Source: Octopus vulgaris
Taxonomy: Eukaryota
NCBI GenBank assembly: GCA_951406725.2
Contig: OX597826.1
Span: forward strand, 64,790,001 to 64,854,000
Length of the DNA stretch: 64,000 nt
Direction of reading: 5' to 3'
Shown here: one piece after another, positions 51,426 to 64,000 of the stretch
Numbering within the stretch: position 1 is the stretch's first letter
Layout: the number at the start of each line of letters is the position of its first letter
Notes under the pieces: model-generated
Told to the model about the DNA's origin: nothing
The model's input: the letters and a program-made list of their open reading frames with translations, nothing else
Databases searched by the model: none
Made by a program: the position numbers and the translations under genes

Positions 51426-52651
51426 CAGCAGTTGACGGTACTTCTACAACCTGAAAAAAAAATAGCAGCAAAGTTTCCCTTAAGTTACGTTCTATGGTCT
51501 TTAAAAAGATGGGTACATTGTATAGCATATTTCAAGATACACTATGTCTGCAAAAAAGAAAAAAAAGAAAAAAAAAAGAAAAACGACTGCAAAACAACAA
51601 TGTGAAATTACCAACTTAGATCTATTGAATCAGGGTTAACCTGATAGCTAAATAACAACATTAGCAGTAGCAATCTGTCAATTAAAAAAGGAAAATCTGG
51701 AAACGAATACCCAGCCTTAGATTTTACTCTGGTTGTTGATAGCGTTGATGTAATTTTTCAGTTGAAATTCGTCACTGTCCTCAACGTTCGCTCGCTATTC
51801 CTAACAGCTTTTCGCTGTTGACGCCACTAGAAATAAACAATATCATCGTCAAAGGCGTGAAATAGTAATTGACAGATGATTACAATGAAGATAAACTAAA
51901 ATGTCATGGAACAGTTCCAGCTGCTATAACTGTTTGATCAACGGCTTTTCGCTGCTATGTTCGTGGTAGTAGGAAATATATGAAAGAAACAATATAATAC
52001 CCTCATTATCGCACGACGGTTCCATGACAAACACACAAAGCAATGTGTGGTGCGTGTGTATGTATATCTGTGTACTGTGTATGTGTTACACCGGTCTAAA
52101 TACACTTTGCTTACGTTGAGTTTCTTTATGTCATGCAACATAGTGGTTCGACAATTAAAAATCGATAAAGCAAATACCAAACTGAAACCAGTACTGGGTG
52201 TGATCGAATAAGTCCTTGAAAGCTTGATGCTCCAGCATCATCATAGTCCGTGGCTAAATGCCATGAAAGAGTATATAGTTAAAAAGAATAATTTTCATCG
52301 TTGTTTTCCACTGATGCTTAAAAGTTTACAGCAATATCTGCTCATTCTTAGTACGTTCTGGAAGATTCGAACGTGAATGTCTGAATCGTTATTATGATCA
52401 CACATCGTCTAAAAGGAAGAAGTGTTCTCCGATGGCGAAAAACAGCAGCGATCAGATATTCGAATTCGAATTTGTCAGAACGTATTGAGAATGGATACGT
52501 TACTGTTTGGATTTTCGCTGCTCTGCATACACCACGTGAATCATTATCTGTTTGACAGACACAGCACGTATCTGCAAATAATATTGTTTGCTGATTCCTA
52601 TAAACAATAACTCATGCATTTGTTAGATTTGTAGGTCTGGCAGAATAGCGT

Positions 52652-52692
52652 CAACTGAGGAGACATAACGAAGTCGAAACACCGGTGAATTG
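52652..52692 (+). ncRNA. Hammerhead motif with mutated cleavage triplet
   Basis: caa-CTGAGGA-GAC ataacgaa GTC-GAAA-caccggtg-AA-ttg; U16.1 replaced by A. Confidence 0.6.
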
Positions 52693-52719
52693 TGTGTTAA
52701 GAACAGATATGGTCTAAAG

Positions 52720-53087
52720 CAGTGGTTCTCAACCATTTTTTACCAATGGACCCCTTTGATTACTATTATACTCTGATGGACTCCCATAGTCATTCGATGT
52801 TTAAAAGCTAGTTTCATAGATACTTTTTTAAAAATTCCTTTTTTGCTTTTCCCACCTTCACTCGTATAGATTTGCAATAGTACTCGCCGGGAGTACATGC
52901 TTCAGTTAACAGAAGCATGCTAAACTACGTAAAACATTAAAGAAAGAAACCTAACTGTTTCTACAATAAATACACCGAAATCAAAATTTATTTTCATGAT
53001 CCCTTAAAAAACTACTGTGGATACCAATTTAATATTTTGCTTGAATGGATTCCCAGGGATGATATGGACCCTGCTTAAGAATCACTA
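52720..53087. mobile_element. hAT (Buster/Charlie) MITE
   Basis: CAGTGGTTCTCAACC left TIR, degenerate right TIR; exact 8-bp TSD gtcTAaag (52712-52719 and 53088-53095). Confidence 0.85.
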
Positions 53088-53369
53088 GTCTAAAGGGAGG
53101 ATTTGTTCTCTGACGAAGAAAAACAAGTGATCGAATATATTCATTCACATTCGAATCTGCCAGGAGTATTAAGAATGGATACGGTATTGTTTGGATTCTA
53201 ACTGTTCTGCGTGCACATGCACCCCAAGAATTATTATTTAAAAGTTTATTTCTGTAAATATTCAGAAGTGATAAGGTGGTGGTGGAGCAGGGAGTAGGTA
53301 GGAAAATGATAATTCTATTAAAGCAGGAGTTTGTAACCACAGGCAGTTTAAGAGAGAAAGATTATTTCA

Positions 53370-55215
53370 TTTGACTGGGACGTTGTCAGGGAGCCCCCGA
53401 TCTCCCTCATCTAGAGTGTATATCTAAATGTTGTTCCCTAAGATATCAGTCATCTTATTTGTGCTAGTCATGGAGATATTACTAAGATCTATCACAAAGA
53501 CACCAATTAAGAGTTTTTTATGGACGACGTTACTGTATTATCAGAAAGTAGAGAAGCAGCAGATGGAACATTAGAGCGGTTGGACGAACTAGTAGGATGG
53601 ACGAGAATGAAATTCAAAGCCAAAAAATCTCGAAGCGTGGCTTTCGTGAAAGGAGTCCAAAAAAGAAGTGAAATTCAGGATAGGAGGTGAAGATGTACCA
53701 ACAGTGAAAGAACAACCAGTAAAGAGTCTCGACAGATGGTACAGAGATTTACTAAATGATAAGAAGCAAAGCAAAGAAACACACGATTTAGTGGAACAGG
53801 GGCTAAAGGCAATTGACAGAACAACATTACCGGGGAAATTCAAATGTTGGATACTGCAAATTGGACTGTACTCGAGGATAATGTGGCCATTGCAAATGTA
53901 CGAAAAAGCCCTGAGTAGAGCAGAAAAGATGGAACAAAGATGCAGTGTGTTTATCAGAAAATGGTTTGGTCACCTAAAACCACTGAATACAACTGCACTA
54001 TATGGAAAACCCGTGCTGCAACTACCGATAACATCAATTGCCGAAGAATATAAGGCAGGAAAGGCAAGGACAGTAATGATGCTAAGGTATTCGAAAAATA
54101 AGAACATCCGAGAAAACCCTCCAAAGGTACGAACAGGGAGGAAATGGAATGCGGAAGAGGCAGTAAACAGGGCGATCGGAAAGCTAAGGCACGCCGACAT
54201 AGTCGGAGCGGCGCAAGAAGCAAGAGCTGGTCTAGGGTTGCACAATTTCAAGCCATTTTGCAAGAGCAGTATAAACGAGATGAAAGAGGCAGTGGTACAT
54301 GAAGTGAGAAAGGAGGAAGAAGAAAGGCGAAATGTACATTTGGTGCAATGTAGTCAACAGGGACAGTGCCTAAGATGGGAGGAATATGTGGTCAGTCGCA
54401 GAATCTCATGGAAGGAACTTTGGGCTTGGCAACAAGCAAGAACATCCTTCTTGGTCAAGTCTACCTTCGATGTTTTACCTTCACCAGCGAATTTAGTCCG
54501 CTGGAACATACAAACAACTGATGAATGTAGATGCGGAGAGAAAGCGACGGTGAGACATGTTCTGTCAAACTGCAGGCTAGCACTAGACATATATACATGG
54601 CGTCACAATCAAGTCCTCGGTGTCATAAGCGCAGCGCTCAAGAAGATCGAGGGATATAATAGGGGAGAGCACCCAAAAATGGAAAAGCGCGGAAGGATAT
54701 ACTTCCAGAAGGAGGGAAAAGGACATAAAGCCAGGCCTTCAAATAAGGTACAAGAGACAGACGAAAGATGGAAGGGATACTGGGAGCTGGCCACGGATTT
54801 GGAAAGACTGTTAATATTTCCATTCATAAAAACAACAAAAAGACCGAACTTAATCCTATGGAACACAGAACGGAAAATTGGAATTTTGCTCGAGCTGACA
54901 CTGCCATGAGAAGAGAACATCACTAATGCAAAGCAACGGAAGGAGAAGAGGTATGAGAGATTAATCGAAGAGTGCGGAGAACAGAGATGGACTGTCGAGT
55001 ATTACTACCTGACAATGGGAGCTAGAGGCTTCACTGAAAGGAAAATGGCGACGTTATTTAAAAGAAGGTTTGCATTTTCGAGCTCAGAGCTGAGAAAAGT
55101 AATAAGGAGGATACAGGGGGAAGTCGACAAAGCCAGTTTCTATATATGGCTAAAAAGAGAAGACTCAAAATGGCTCGAAAGCCATAACATGCCGACTGGG
55201 AAATACCGTCGCTAG
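53370..55215 (+). mobile_element. 5'-truncated RLE-type non-LTR retrotransposon (HERO-like): RT C-half, zinc knuckle and restriction-like endonuclease
   Basis: FMDDVTV, WTRMKFKAKKSRS, EQPVKSL.RWY, LPGKFKCW, YKAGKAR, DVLPSPANL.RW, C.C..HVLSNC, YTWRHNQVL, RPNL..LELTLP*EE, GARGF; frameshift and stop. Confidence 0.92.
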
Positions 55216-56439
55216 GTGAGGCTGGTTGATACATAAGCAGCATTGCTGATTGACAGGTGGGCCCAGGTAGCGATTTCGTTCATAGCGCGCCCTCCTCCTG
55301 GTTTGAAGGCTTGTACCACTAAACAGCTGGTCGGCTCTGTCTGCTAGAACTGAAACTAACACGATAATATTGGAAGGCAGGTTTAGAGAGGGCGCGGGCT
55401 AAAACTACGCGCCCTTCTTCTCCATTGGTCAGTTGAAGCTTAGACAGTTTCACGTGACAGTTAGCTTGTGCTGGCTGTTGGAGCCTACCGACGAGGAAAA
55501 TCTGGCAGGATTGGTCATTCGCCCGCTGACATTCGTTGACGCTGCATCGAAGAAACCAAAGATCGAAAGAAAAATGGAAAAAGAAGAAACGCGCTCAACA
55601 TCAGAGCTGAAGACGCCTCCGAAGGTGGTGGGGAACAAGTCGGAAACAGTAGAGGAGTAGGGGCCGAAAATCGAACGTGGTTCCTCCTGATGATGTCTTT
55701 AGCCACTGGTAGCGAACCCACGAAAAATGGTTGGAATTCCTGACAACTGAGTTAGATGGAATGTAAATAAAGACAAGTGGCTACTTAGATATGTTTCCAT
55801 AGATTGTTGACCTAAATTAGGAGACATTTATAGGCAAGATACGTTCCTCCAGCGTTCCCTTCCCCGTTAAGGTTAGAGACAGCTTAAACACTAAGACATT
55901 TTTTTAAATACTGCGTTCCTAAATTTATCCTGTTTATTTTCCAGTGTTTTCTTTTGAAAAAGGGGTTTCTCTCCCCACTCTTTCTGCCTCACTCCTCACC
56001 CTTTCTCTATGTCACCCCTTCTCTCTCTCCACGCAGACAAATATTTGGTTGAGAGATCATTACTTTTTCCTTTCCTTTCCCCCTTTTTTTGTCATAGTAT
56101 ATACAAATACATTTGCTAAATAAACAGAAAGGTAAATAAATATTGCACACATATATTTACATACGTTTAATTCACAGCATGTACGCACATGCAATGGGTC
56201 AGGAATTAAAGAAGGGAGCCTGTGTGTGGTCAATCGAGTTGCTAGAAACAGTAGCTGTATCGCCGTTCAATCATGCCTACTATCTTCTTTAAAAAAGTGT
56301 CCTGACACAGTCAATAATATAGTTCCTAGATAACCCTAGAAAGACATGATGGTTAATGGCAAAATGCCTTTTATCACAGGTCTACTGAAAAATGGAATTT
56401 CTGGATTCCTGCTAAAAGAATCCAGATTTTTAATCTTGT

Positions 56440-57316
56440 ATCGTTTGTTTCCGTCATTGATGGAGCACAGCCTTGTATTTAGTCAAACAACCAGATCCCA
56501 GCACTTATTTCTTCTTTTAAAGCTTGATACTTATTGTCGGCCTCTTTGCCGAACTGCTAAGTTACGGGAACATAAACAAACCAACACCGGTTGTTGGGTA
56601 CAAACACACAAACATATATGTATATATATATATAAAGAGAGCTTCTTTCAGTTTCCGTCTATCAAATCCACTCAGACGTTTTTGGTCGGCCCAGGGGCAA
56701 TGTTGATCATAGGTGCAGGCAGGGCTGTACATAGTGGAAGCTGAGGGTTGCTACTTTCAGTAAACTGTTATTAGTTCCTTTAATGCAAGCTGTTGAATTT
56801 AGTCCAAACACCCTGAATATGTACATACGTGTGTGTGTGCATATATATATAGATAGATAGATATGTATATATACATATCATCATCATCAACGTTTGTTTC
56901 AATCATTAGACTGTGGCCATGTTGGAGCACTGCCCCGAGGAATTTTAGCTCAACTAATTGACTTCAGTACTTATTTTCTTCTTTAAATCTGATACTTCAT
57001 CTACTGGTCTTGCCAAACTGCTAAATTATGGAGACACTTGTTGTCAAGCAGTGGTGGGGGACAAACACACCCACAAGGCCCAAGGCTATTGCAGAGGACA
57101 CTTGCCCAAGGTGCTACACAGTGGGACTGAACCTGGAACCATGTGGTTGGGAAGCAAATTTCTTGATGGACATTTTCAGGTTCTGTCAACCAAATCTACT
57201 CACAAGGATTTGGTTGGATCAAAGCAATAGAAGAAAACACTTGCCCAAGGTGCTAAACAGTGGGTTTGAACCTGAAACCATGTAGCTGGAAAGTAAACTT
57301 CTTAACCACACAGCCA
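56440..57316 (-). mobile_element. Two to three diverged SINE family A copies
   Basis: Consensus motifs at 56440-56700 and 56893-57316 (head duplicated). Confidence 0.75.
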
Positions 57317-57488
57317 GTTCCTATGTCTGTCATCTGTTTACAGCTGTGTGTTAAGTGCTTTAATAAATCACACAAATACAAGCAATACAACATATGAAGA
57401 GAAAAGAGATTTATTTCAAAAGGCTCATCAAAAAAACAAATGAAAATAAAAATTCTAAAGAGAAAATTCTTCCTCCAGGAATGGCAGT

Positions 57489-57556
57489 TTAGAGTATATT
57501 CAACTGAGTTTCCATTAAAATGTGTGGATCAGTCATTGTCTCACTGAATTCATGAG
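57489..57556 (-). CDS. Candidate terminal coding exon (..HEFSETMTDPHILMETQLNIL*)
   Basis: Polypyrimidine ttttctactttcAG acceptor, open frame to TAA, AATAAA at 57410-57415; no homology recognised. Confidence 0.3.
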
Positions 57557-57788
57557 CTGAAAGTAGAAAAGAAGATAAATAAAGAGATGAGATGGTAGAA
57601 TAAATATTAAGGTGTCTCTGTATAAGTGCAGCCACTCAACCTGCTAGAAATAGTTGCCAAAATCTCCCTTATATCACATCTTACCATCCTAACAATGAAC
57701 AATGAAAAAGGACACATTACATAATCTAACTCCAGAAACACTATGCCTGAAAACACAGATATGATAGTCACAGCTGGAATGCTTTTAA

Positions 57789-58009
57789 CCCTTTCATTAC
57801 TGTATTTATTTTGAGATGCTCTGTGTTTCTTTCAATTACTTTAAATATAACAAAGAATTTAGTAAAATAACTTGGTTATCATTAAGCTAGGGTTAGAAAC
57901 ATAAATTGTGATTAAGGTTTGGTGGGAGATTTTAGTTCAAAACTTTTGGAAACAAGACATTTGTACCACAGAGTCAGAGGTGGTTTCAGCCAGGTTGGTA
58001 ACGAAAGGG
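57789..58009. mobile_element. piggyBac-type MITE
   Basis: TTAA|CCCTTTCATTAC ... GTAACGAAAGGG|TTAA. Confidence 0.88.
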
Positions 58010-58574
58010 TTAATCACAAACCAGCTAGATCAGGGCTGATCTTGTGTTAAAAAACAGCAACAAGAGAAGATAACTAATATAAGAGCAATATTTATGGTGT
58101 TGATGTATAAACCCATTACTATTCAGCTTACTCAGGAAAACATAAATTTTATATTATTTTGAATTAATCAAGCATTTTTTCATGGCTTTGAGATTTAGAT
58201 GATATGGATGTTTATTCCTGGAATGACATTGTAGGGTAGGTATGAAAGGGAAATCTGGCCAGTTTAATTGTTAAAAGTATAAGCAATGACATTAATGTAT
58301 AAGGTTTGTATAAAATTAATGTTTTAGCAATGCAGAACAATCTGAGGTAGGGCAGATGCAGAGTAACAGTGAGGGACACTACACAGCAAGGTGTATAAAG
58401 ATGTGTGTGTGTGTGTGTGTGTACACTATTTTGTAAATGTTGGTGTGGTTGTGAAGTAATAGTGACCTTGGAGCTTAATAACCTCAACATATTACCAGAA
58501 CAAGTGGAGTTGTAGTGTGTATTTTGGGGTGAAATATCAGGAATTGAAATAAAGAAGTGGGAAGTCAGTAATTG

Positions 58575-58606
<32 letters not shown>

Positions 58607-58796
58607 AGTGGAGAGGGAATAAGAAAATAAAAATGGATGAAATAAGGAAGGAAACAAAGAAACAAACAATAATAAAGGAAACAAAAGCATAGGGGGGAGA
58701 GAGAAATGAGATGAAAAGTAATAATGAGGACTGTTAACAAGAAGGAAGTCAGTTGTGCATCAGCAAGAAGAGTTTTCCTGTTGAATAGAAGAGAGG

Positions 58797-58828
<32 letters not shown>

Positions 58829-59188
58829 GGTGTACTGGTCATTATAGTCAAGTAGTTGTTATGGACAGTGGTCAGAAGAAATAAAACCTAGAAAAATAAT
58901 TAGTTCCTTAAAATATCAGCTTCAAGTGTTTCCTATTCTTGGTGCTTGTCATGGCTCGGGTGTCTTTTGGCAACAAATTCACCGCTGGACAGATTAACTT
59001 GAAATAACCAAATATTCTTAATCTAAACTGCTGTTTGTAGATTTGTTGACACAGTATTTGCATTGTCACTGATGATGCTGTGACCTTGCATCACTGTTGT
59101 CATCGTCATCACCATTACGTCTGCTAGCATTACCATCACTACCACTTCTATATCACAGTATGGCACCTTGGACACGTGTCCTCTTATG

Positions 59189-59436
59189 TAGTACTTCTCA
59201 ACCAGGGTCCATATAAGATTTTGTTCTTAAATCTTATTAGCAATCAATTGGTTATACTTCTACAATTTCTTTTATTCTTTTATTTGTTTGTCATTTGACT
59301 GTGGCCATGCTGGAGTATTGCATTTAGTCGAACAAATCGACCCTAACACTTATTCTTTATAAGCCTAGAACTTCTATCAGTCTCTTTTTCTGAACTGCTA
59401 AGTTGCAGGGACAACCACAGACAAACAAACATATAC

Positions 59437-59480
<44 letters not shown>

Positions 59481-59710
59481 GACAGGTTTTTTTTTTTCAG
59501 TTTTCATCTACCAAATCCACTCATAAGGCTTTGGTCAACCCGAAGCTATAGTAGAAGACACTTGCCCAAGGTGCCACACAGTAGGACTGAACCCAGTACC
59601 ATGTAGTTAATATTAAAAACATATAATAGGGTTTTTTTTTATACAACACGGGTGAGATGGACAGTAGAGTAAAATAGGAATCATAGGCAAAAAATGGTTG
59701 AGAACCATTG
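59189..59710. mobile_element. hAT MITE related to 52720 (inverted) with SINE family A inserted at ~59270-59606
   Basis: tagtacttctcaacc ... ggttgagaaccattg ends; TSD degenerate. Confidence 0.6.
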
Positions 59711-59795
59711 TTCTTGCGTAACTCAATGGCTCGTAAATGGACCTTGGTCAGCTGGAGGATATACAAATTATAATTAAATTGTATAGAAGCCTACA

Positions 59796-59826
<31 letters not shown>

Positions 59827-60004
59827 CATGCATATATATATATATATATATATATATACGTAATGATCCCACTTAGGTGTACTAATATTAACAAGCTTGT
59901 TGGACCTAAATATATGTATAGAGTAGAATAAAGCATTAAGCCAGTACAAAGTGTAATATCAAATAATGGTGGCACATGAAAAACAACATTCAAGCATGGT
60001 CAAG

Positions 60005-60262
60005 ACTGGCTCCCGTGCAGGTAGCACATAAAAAACACCTTTTGAGCGTGGTCATTGCCAGAACCACCTGACTGGCCCTTGTGCTGGTGGCACGTAAAAG
60101 CACCCACTACACTCTCAGAGTGGTGGGGATTAGGAAGGGCATCCAGCTGTAGAAACTTTGCCAGATTAGATTGAGCCTGGTGCAGCCTTCTGGCTCACAT
60201 TCTTCATTCAAACCGTCCAACCCATGCCAGCATGGAAAGCAGACGTTAAACGATGATGATGA
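60005..60262 (+). mobile_element. SINE/LINE 3' portion with (gat)n tail
   Basis: ttaggaagggcatccagctgtagaaac...ccatgccagcatggaaagcagacgttaaacgatgatgat; family from recall. Confidence 0.6.
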
Positions 60263-60304
60263 ATGACCAAAAAATTTTTTTAAAAAACAGGAATTATATA
60301 ATCA

Positions 60305-60447
60305 CATTGATTAGCTTACAGCTGTTTGTGTTATAAGAGCTGGGAGCTTTTGTGAAATGGCACTGAAGAAGCCACAAGATATTGCATGAGCATTCAGCTC
60401 TAAATGCAATGCATCTTACAGCAGAAACAGCTATAAACTAATGAATG
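60305..60447. mobile_element. Decayed fold-back element with hammerhead remnant (60363-60437 plus)
   Basis: cattgattagcttacagctgttt / aaacagctataaactaatgaatg arms; CTGAAGA..long stem..GAAA cagct(a) TA. Confidence 0.55.
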
Positions 60448-60823
60448 TTGTGAGTGTTGGGGGGTGGGGGTGTCATTGTGTGTGTGTGTTTGTGCATGCA
60501 TGCACATGTATGTGTGTGCATATCAGTGTAAATGTTTACATTCTGTCATTGCAGTGATGTTTGTTTACATTCCCTTTCAACAGTATTTGTCTTCTGGCTT
60601 TGTGTTTTTGAAGACGTGAAATGAAAATAACAAAAGTCCTTTATTGAAAAACAAGTTAAGTAATCAGCAATAGAAATGATATCTTGCTATTATAGAACAG
60701 TACCTTGATAACATATGTTCATCAAACCTACTAGCATGGAAAAACACATGAAATGAAAGAATGAACAAATACATGTAAACAAGTTGGATTCATTTTGAAA
60801 CCAGGCATTAAGTAATCCATTAA

Positions 60824-61486
60824 TCCTTTCACTGCTGCACATTTCTGTTGAGAAACACAGCCTTCGTTTAAATTAATTTTGAAAATAATAAGCAACTTAG
60901 TAAAATAACTTTGTCATTTATTAACCCTCTAGCATTTAACCCTTTAGTGTTCAAACCGGCCAAATCCGGCCCAATATATTCTACATGTTTTATATTCAAA
61001 CTGGTGATATCTGGCCTCTCACTCCTAACCTACAATGCCATTCTGAAAATAAACAATCACATCATTGAAATCTCAAAGCTATAAGATAATGCATGATTAA
61101 TTCAAAACAATTTGAGTGAAAAAGCATTACATTTAACAGAGTATTCTGAACACTAAAGGGTTAAACTGGCTATATCCAGCCCAAACATTCTACATTTATG
61201 TTCAAACTGGTTAGATCTGACCTCTCAAACAATGTCATTCTCAAAATAAATAATCACATCACTGAAATCTTAGAACCACAAGATAATGCACGATTAATTC
61301 AAAACAATATGAATGAATAAGCATTACTTTTGCCACAGCAATCTGAATGCTAACGGATTAAGCTGCTGTTTGAAACACAAATTAAGATGGAATTTTGAGA
61401 GAAGGTTTAACTCAGATCACTTCAAAACAGGAAAAATTTATATCACCGAATCAAAGGCAGTCACAGGTTGATTGGTATCAAGAGAG
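60824..61486. mobile_element. Three nested piggyBac-type MITEs (outer 60824-61486, middle 60925-61357, inner 60940-61160)
   Basis: Each bounded by TTAA on both sides; inner CCCTTTAGTGTTCA..TGAACACTAAAGGG; outer related to 57789-58009. Confidence 0.85.
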
Positions 61487-62665
61487 TTAAGGAGAAGTGA
61501 ATGAAGTTATATGCCTTAGAAATGAAATTAAGATGAAGTTAAGAGAAAAATACAAATATAACTGTACTTTATATGACCTGGAATCCTACAGACATAAATG
61601 GGTGGCCTTCATTTTAAGCTAAAATACATTTACTCCTTCAAAAAGACCATGCCTAATTTTATAATTAGATTTTTTTTAAAATTCTTTTTACTTAGCAAAG
61701 AATGTCCACACACACATACACATACATATACAAATAGCCATAACACACAAAACTTGATGTATACATAGACATGCATACAGAGGATAGTGGAGAGTGTATC
61801 ATTGCTGCAGGCTAAGTAAGTATGGTGTTTAATCAATGTTCAACATTGAGTGTACTATGCAGCAACGAGAGAGAGAGAGAGAGAGAGAAACAAACAGAGG
61901 GAGAGAGTGAGAAATGGTGAGAGGACCATGTATCACAGTTCAACACACCTCACATGCACACACACACACACATATATGAAAGACTGTTATTTAGTTAAAG
62001 CTAATTGTTACATATTTACCATAAATTCACAACAGCCTATCTGTTACGTCTAATAATAAACACACAAAGTTAATCATTAAGGACAAAAAAAGCCAAAAAA
62101 AAAAGAAAAGAAAAAGAAAAACCCACCCTGGGAGAAATAATCTGAATTTAACAATAAAATATAAAAGAGCAAGATGTGAGCAATTTGAAGTAAAATATAA
62201 TAATGATATATAATTAGTAGAGAAATTTTGAGGACTAATTAGTGTGTGAAATAAGAGGAGGATTAAGGCTTGATGTAGCTAGGTCAAATTTGCAACAACA
62301 GAGAAGATGACAACTATGACAATGATGAAAACAATAACAAGGATGACAAATGATAATGACAATGCTATGGTGATGATGATGATAACACAAGGCAGGATGG
62401 ATTAATACTTCTTAAGGCTGATAGAAGCCTAATACAAGCATTGACAGTGACATAGTAAGGAGTGACAAAGTAACATAATTCTAGAACTTTACACATTACT
62501 TGATGCACAAGACAAGTGCAACAAATTTGCAGTGTAGTAAGCAAGATATGGGACAGAGAAGAAGACAAAAAAAGAAGCATATAATGATGAAGGTGGCAGT
62601 GGTGATAATGGTGGTGGTGGTGATGGAAGAAGGAAAGAGAGGATGCAGTATATTTAATAGCTTAC

Positions 62666-62757
62666 CGACATGAAAGTATTAAAGTTCACAGAAATGACTG
62701 ATGAAAGTACACCACCAGAGGAGTGGAGTCATTATTTAAAAACAAATTATAACAAAG
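62666..62757 (-). other. Candidate non-coding/UTR exon
   Basis: tttcatttcAG acceptor and GTAAGC donor; stops in all three frames. Confidence 0.25.
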
Positions 62758-64000
62758 CTGAAATGAAATTTTGAATCAAACACATGAAGGATCTGGCAGT
62801 CCATGAGTAACTGTTGGAGAAGGTTAGCACCAGAAAATGTATAAAACACAGGATGGGTTTGAGGTTCAATCTTAGCATGTGTAACATGAGAAGTTCCTAA
62901 CAATAAGATTCTGAGTTTTCCTAGAGTGGCCTTTTTTTTTTTTGTCTTGGGGAAAAAATTTAGATTTTCATCTGTAAATTAAATTGTTACATGATTTTCC
63001 ACCACTGGAGACTTTAGAAGATATATTTGTTAAGAATGGCTATTAAGTTAGTATCCGGAACATAATTTATCATGAAATAAAGACAGAAGGTACTAAATCT
63101 AGATTACTTTAAAACAAGGAATTTTGTATCAAAGAACCAAAGGTAGAGTCAGATGGAATGATATCAAAACTGTTAATGTCTGTCCTCTGGTGAAATTGAT
63201 AAAAATCCAAGAAGATAATAATACATAAAACTAAGGTATTAAAAGTACCTGAGCTGATAAAGCAGGGACAAAATAACTATACCATCGACACACGTAGAAG
63301 AAATAAAACAACTAACCTAGCCAAACTGATAAACTCATATGACTCTGTAAAGAAAACCCGCACAGAACAGGGTTTATCAAGAGAATATTTTATGGCTTAG
63401 TTGAATAGTTAGTTCTATTTTAAAACCCCATTTACCAACATAACATACAAAGATACATGCACAGACATACACAGAAAGACATATATTTGCTATATATTTA
63501 TTACAAGTAACAAAGAAGTGTTTTGTCCATAAAGACAAGAGAGTATATTTTACATGTATATATACTGAGTGTGAGTGGGGGATTCTTATAAATAATGGAA
63601 TGTACGGAGTAGGTTGTAGTCTTCTGACCTGTATAAGAAGGCTGTAATTCTAAATAAGAACAGATTCAGTTTGTAATGATCTGTCTAACCCATACAAGCA
63701 TAGAAAAGCGAATGTAAACACTTTCCAAAATTTAGGAAAATCTTTGCACAAGAAACTTCAGGTCTGTGCATGACTCCTGTGGTATTTTCAGCTAAAAAAA
63801 TAGTGCGTATATAAATACATAAACACACACAGGCACACATGCACATATAGGTGTGTGTGTATACACACACATACACAGAAGACAGAAAAAAATGAAAGGA
63901 TTCTCACCCTTACCATTTTTTTTATTATCTAAATGACACATGTTAGCTAAGCAAAAATTTTAATAGATACTTTATTAAAAAAAAAGATTTTAAAAAAAAG

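Noticed and set aside
55686-55730. Hammerhead or C/D-box motif at CTGATGA
   Set aside because: No stem II closed by GAAA at a suitable spacing and no terminal stem for a snoRNA

Overview
AT-rich eukaryotic DNA, almost certainly cephalopod (Octopus-type repeat landscape, judged from the SINE families and microsatellite density). No intact host protein-coding gene is evident. Most track ORFs are microsatellite artefacts, and only weak minus-strand exon candidates appear after 57 kb. The window is a mosaic of microsatellites, tRNA-headed SINEs, decayed retroelements (CR1, RTE, L1/Tx1-like, HERO/RLE-type, two Penelope-like elements) and DNA-transposon relics (hAT, mariner/Tc1, piggyBac, Merlin-like, Helitron). 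The most interesting signal is about 14 minimal type-I hammerhead-ribozyme-like motifs from several unrelated families. Most sit in short head-to-head fold-back (palindromic) insertions, two of which have 11-13 bp target-site duplications. Their cores covary at the 3-8 pair (C3-G8, U3-A8, G3-C8). This suggests a set of non-autonomous, Penelope-mobilised ribozyme elements with non-canonical cores. All calls were made by eye and coordinates of decayed elements are approximate.
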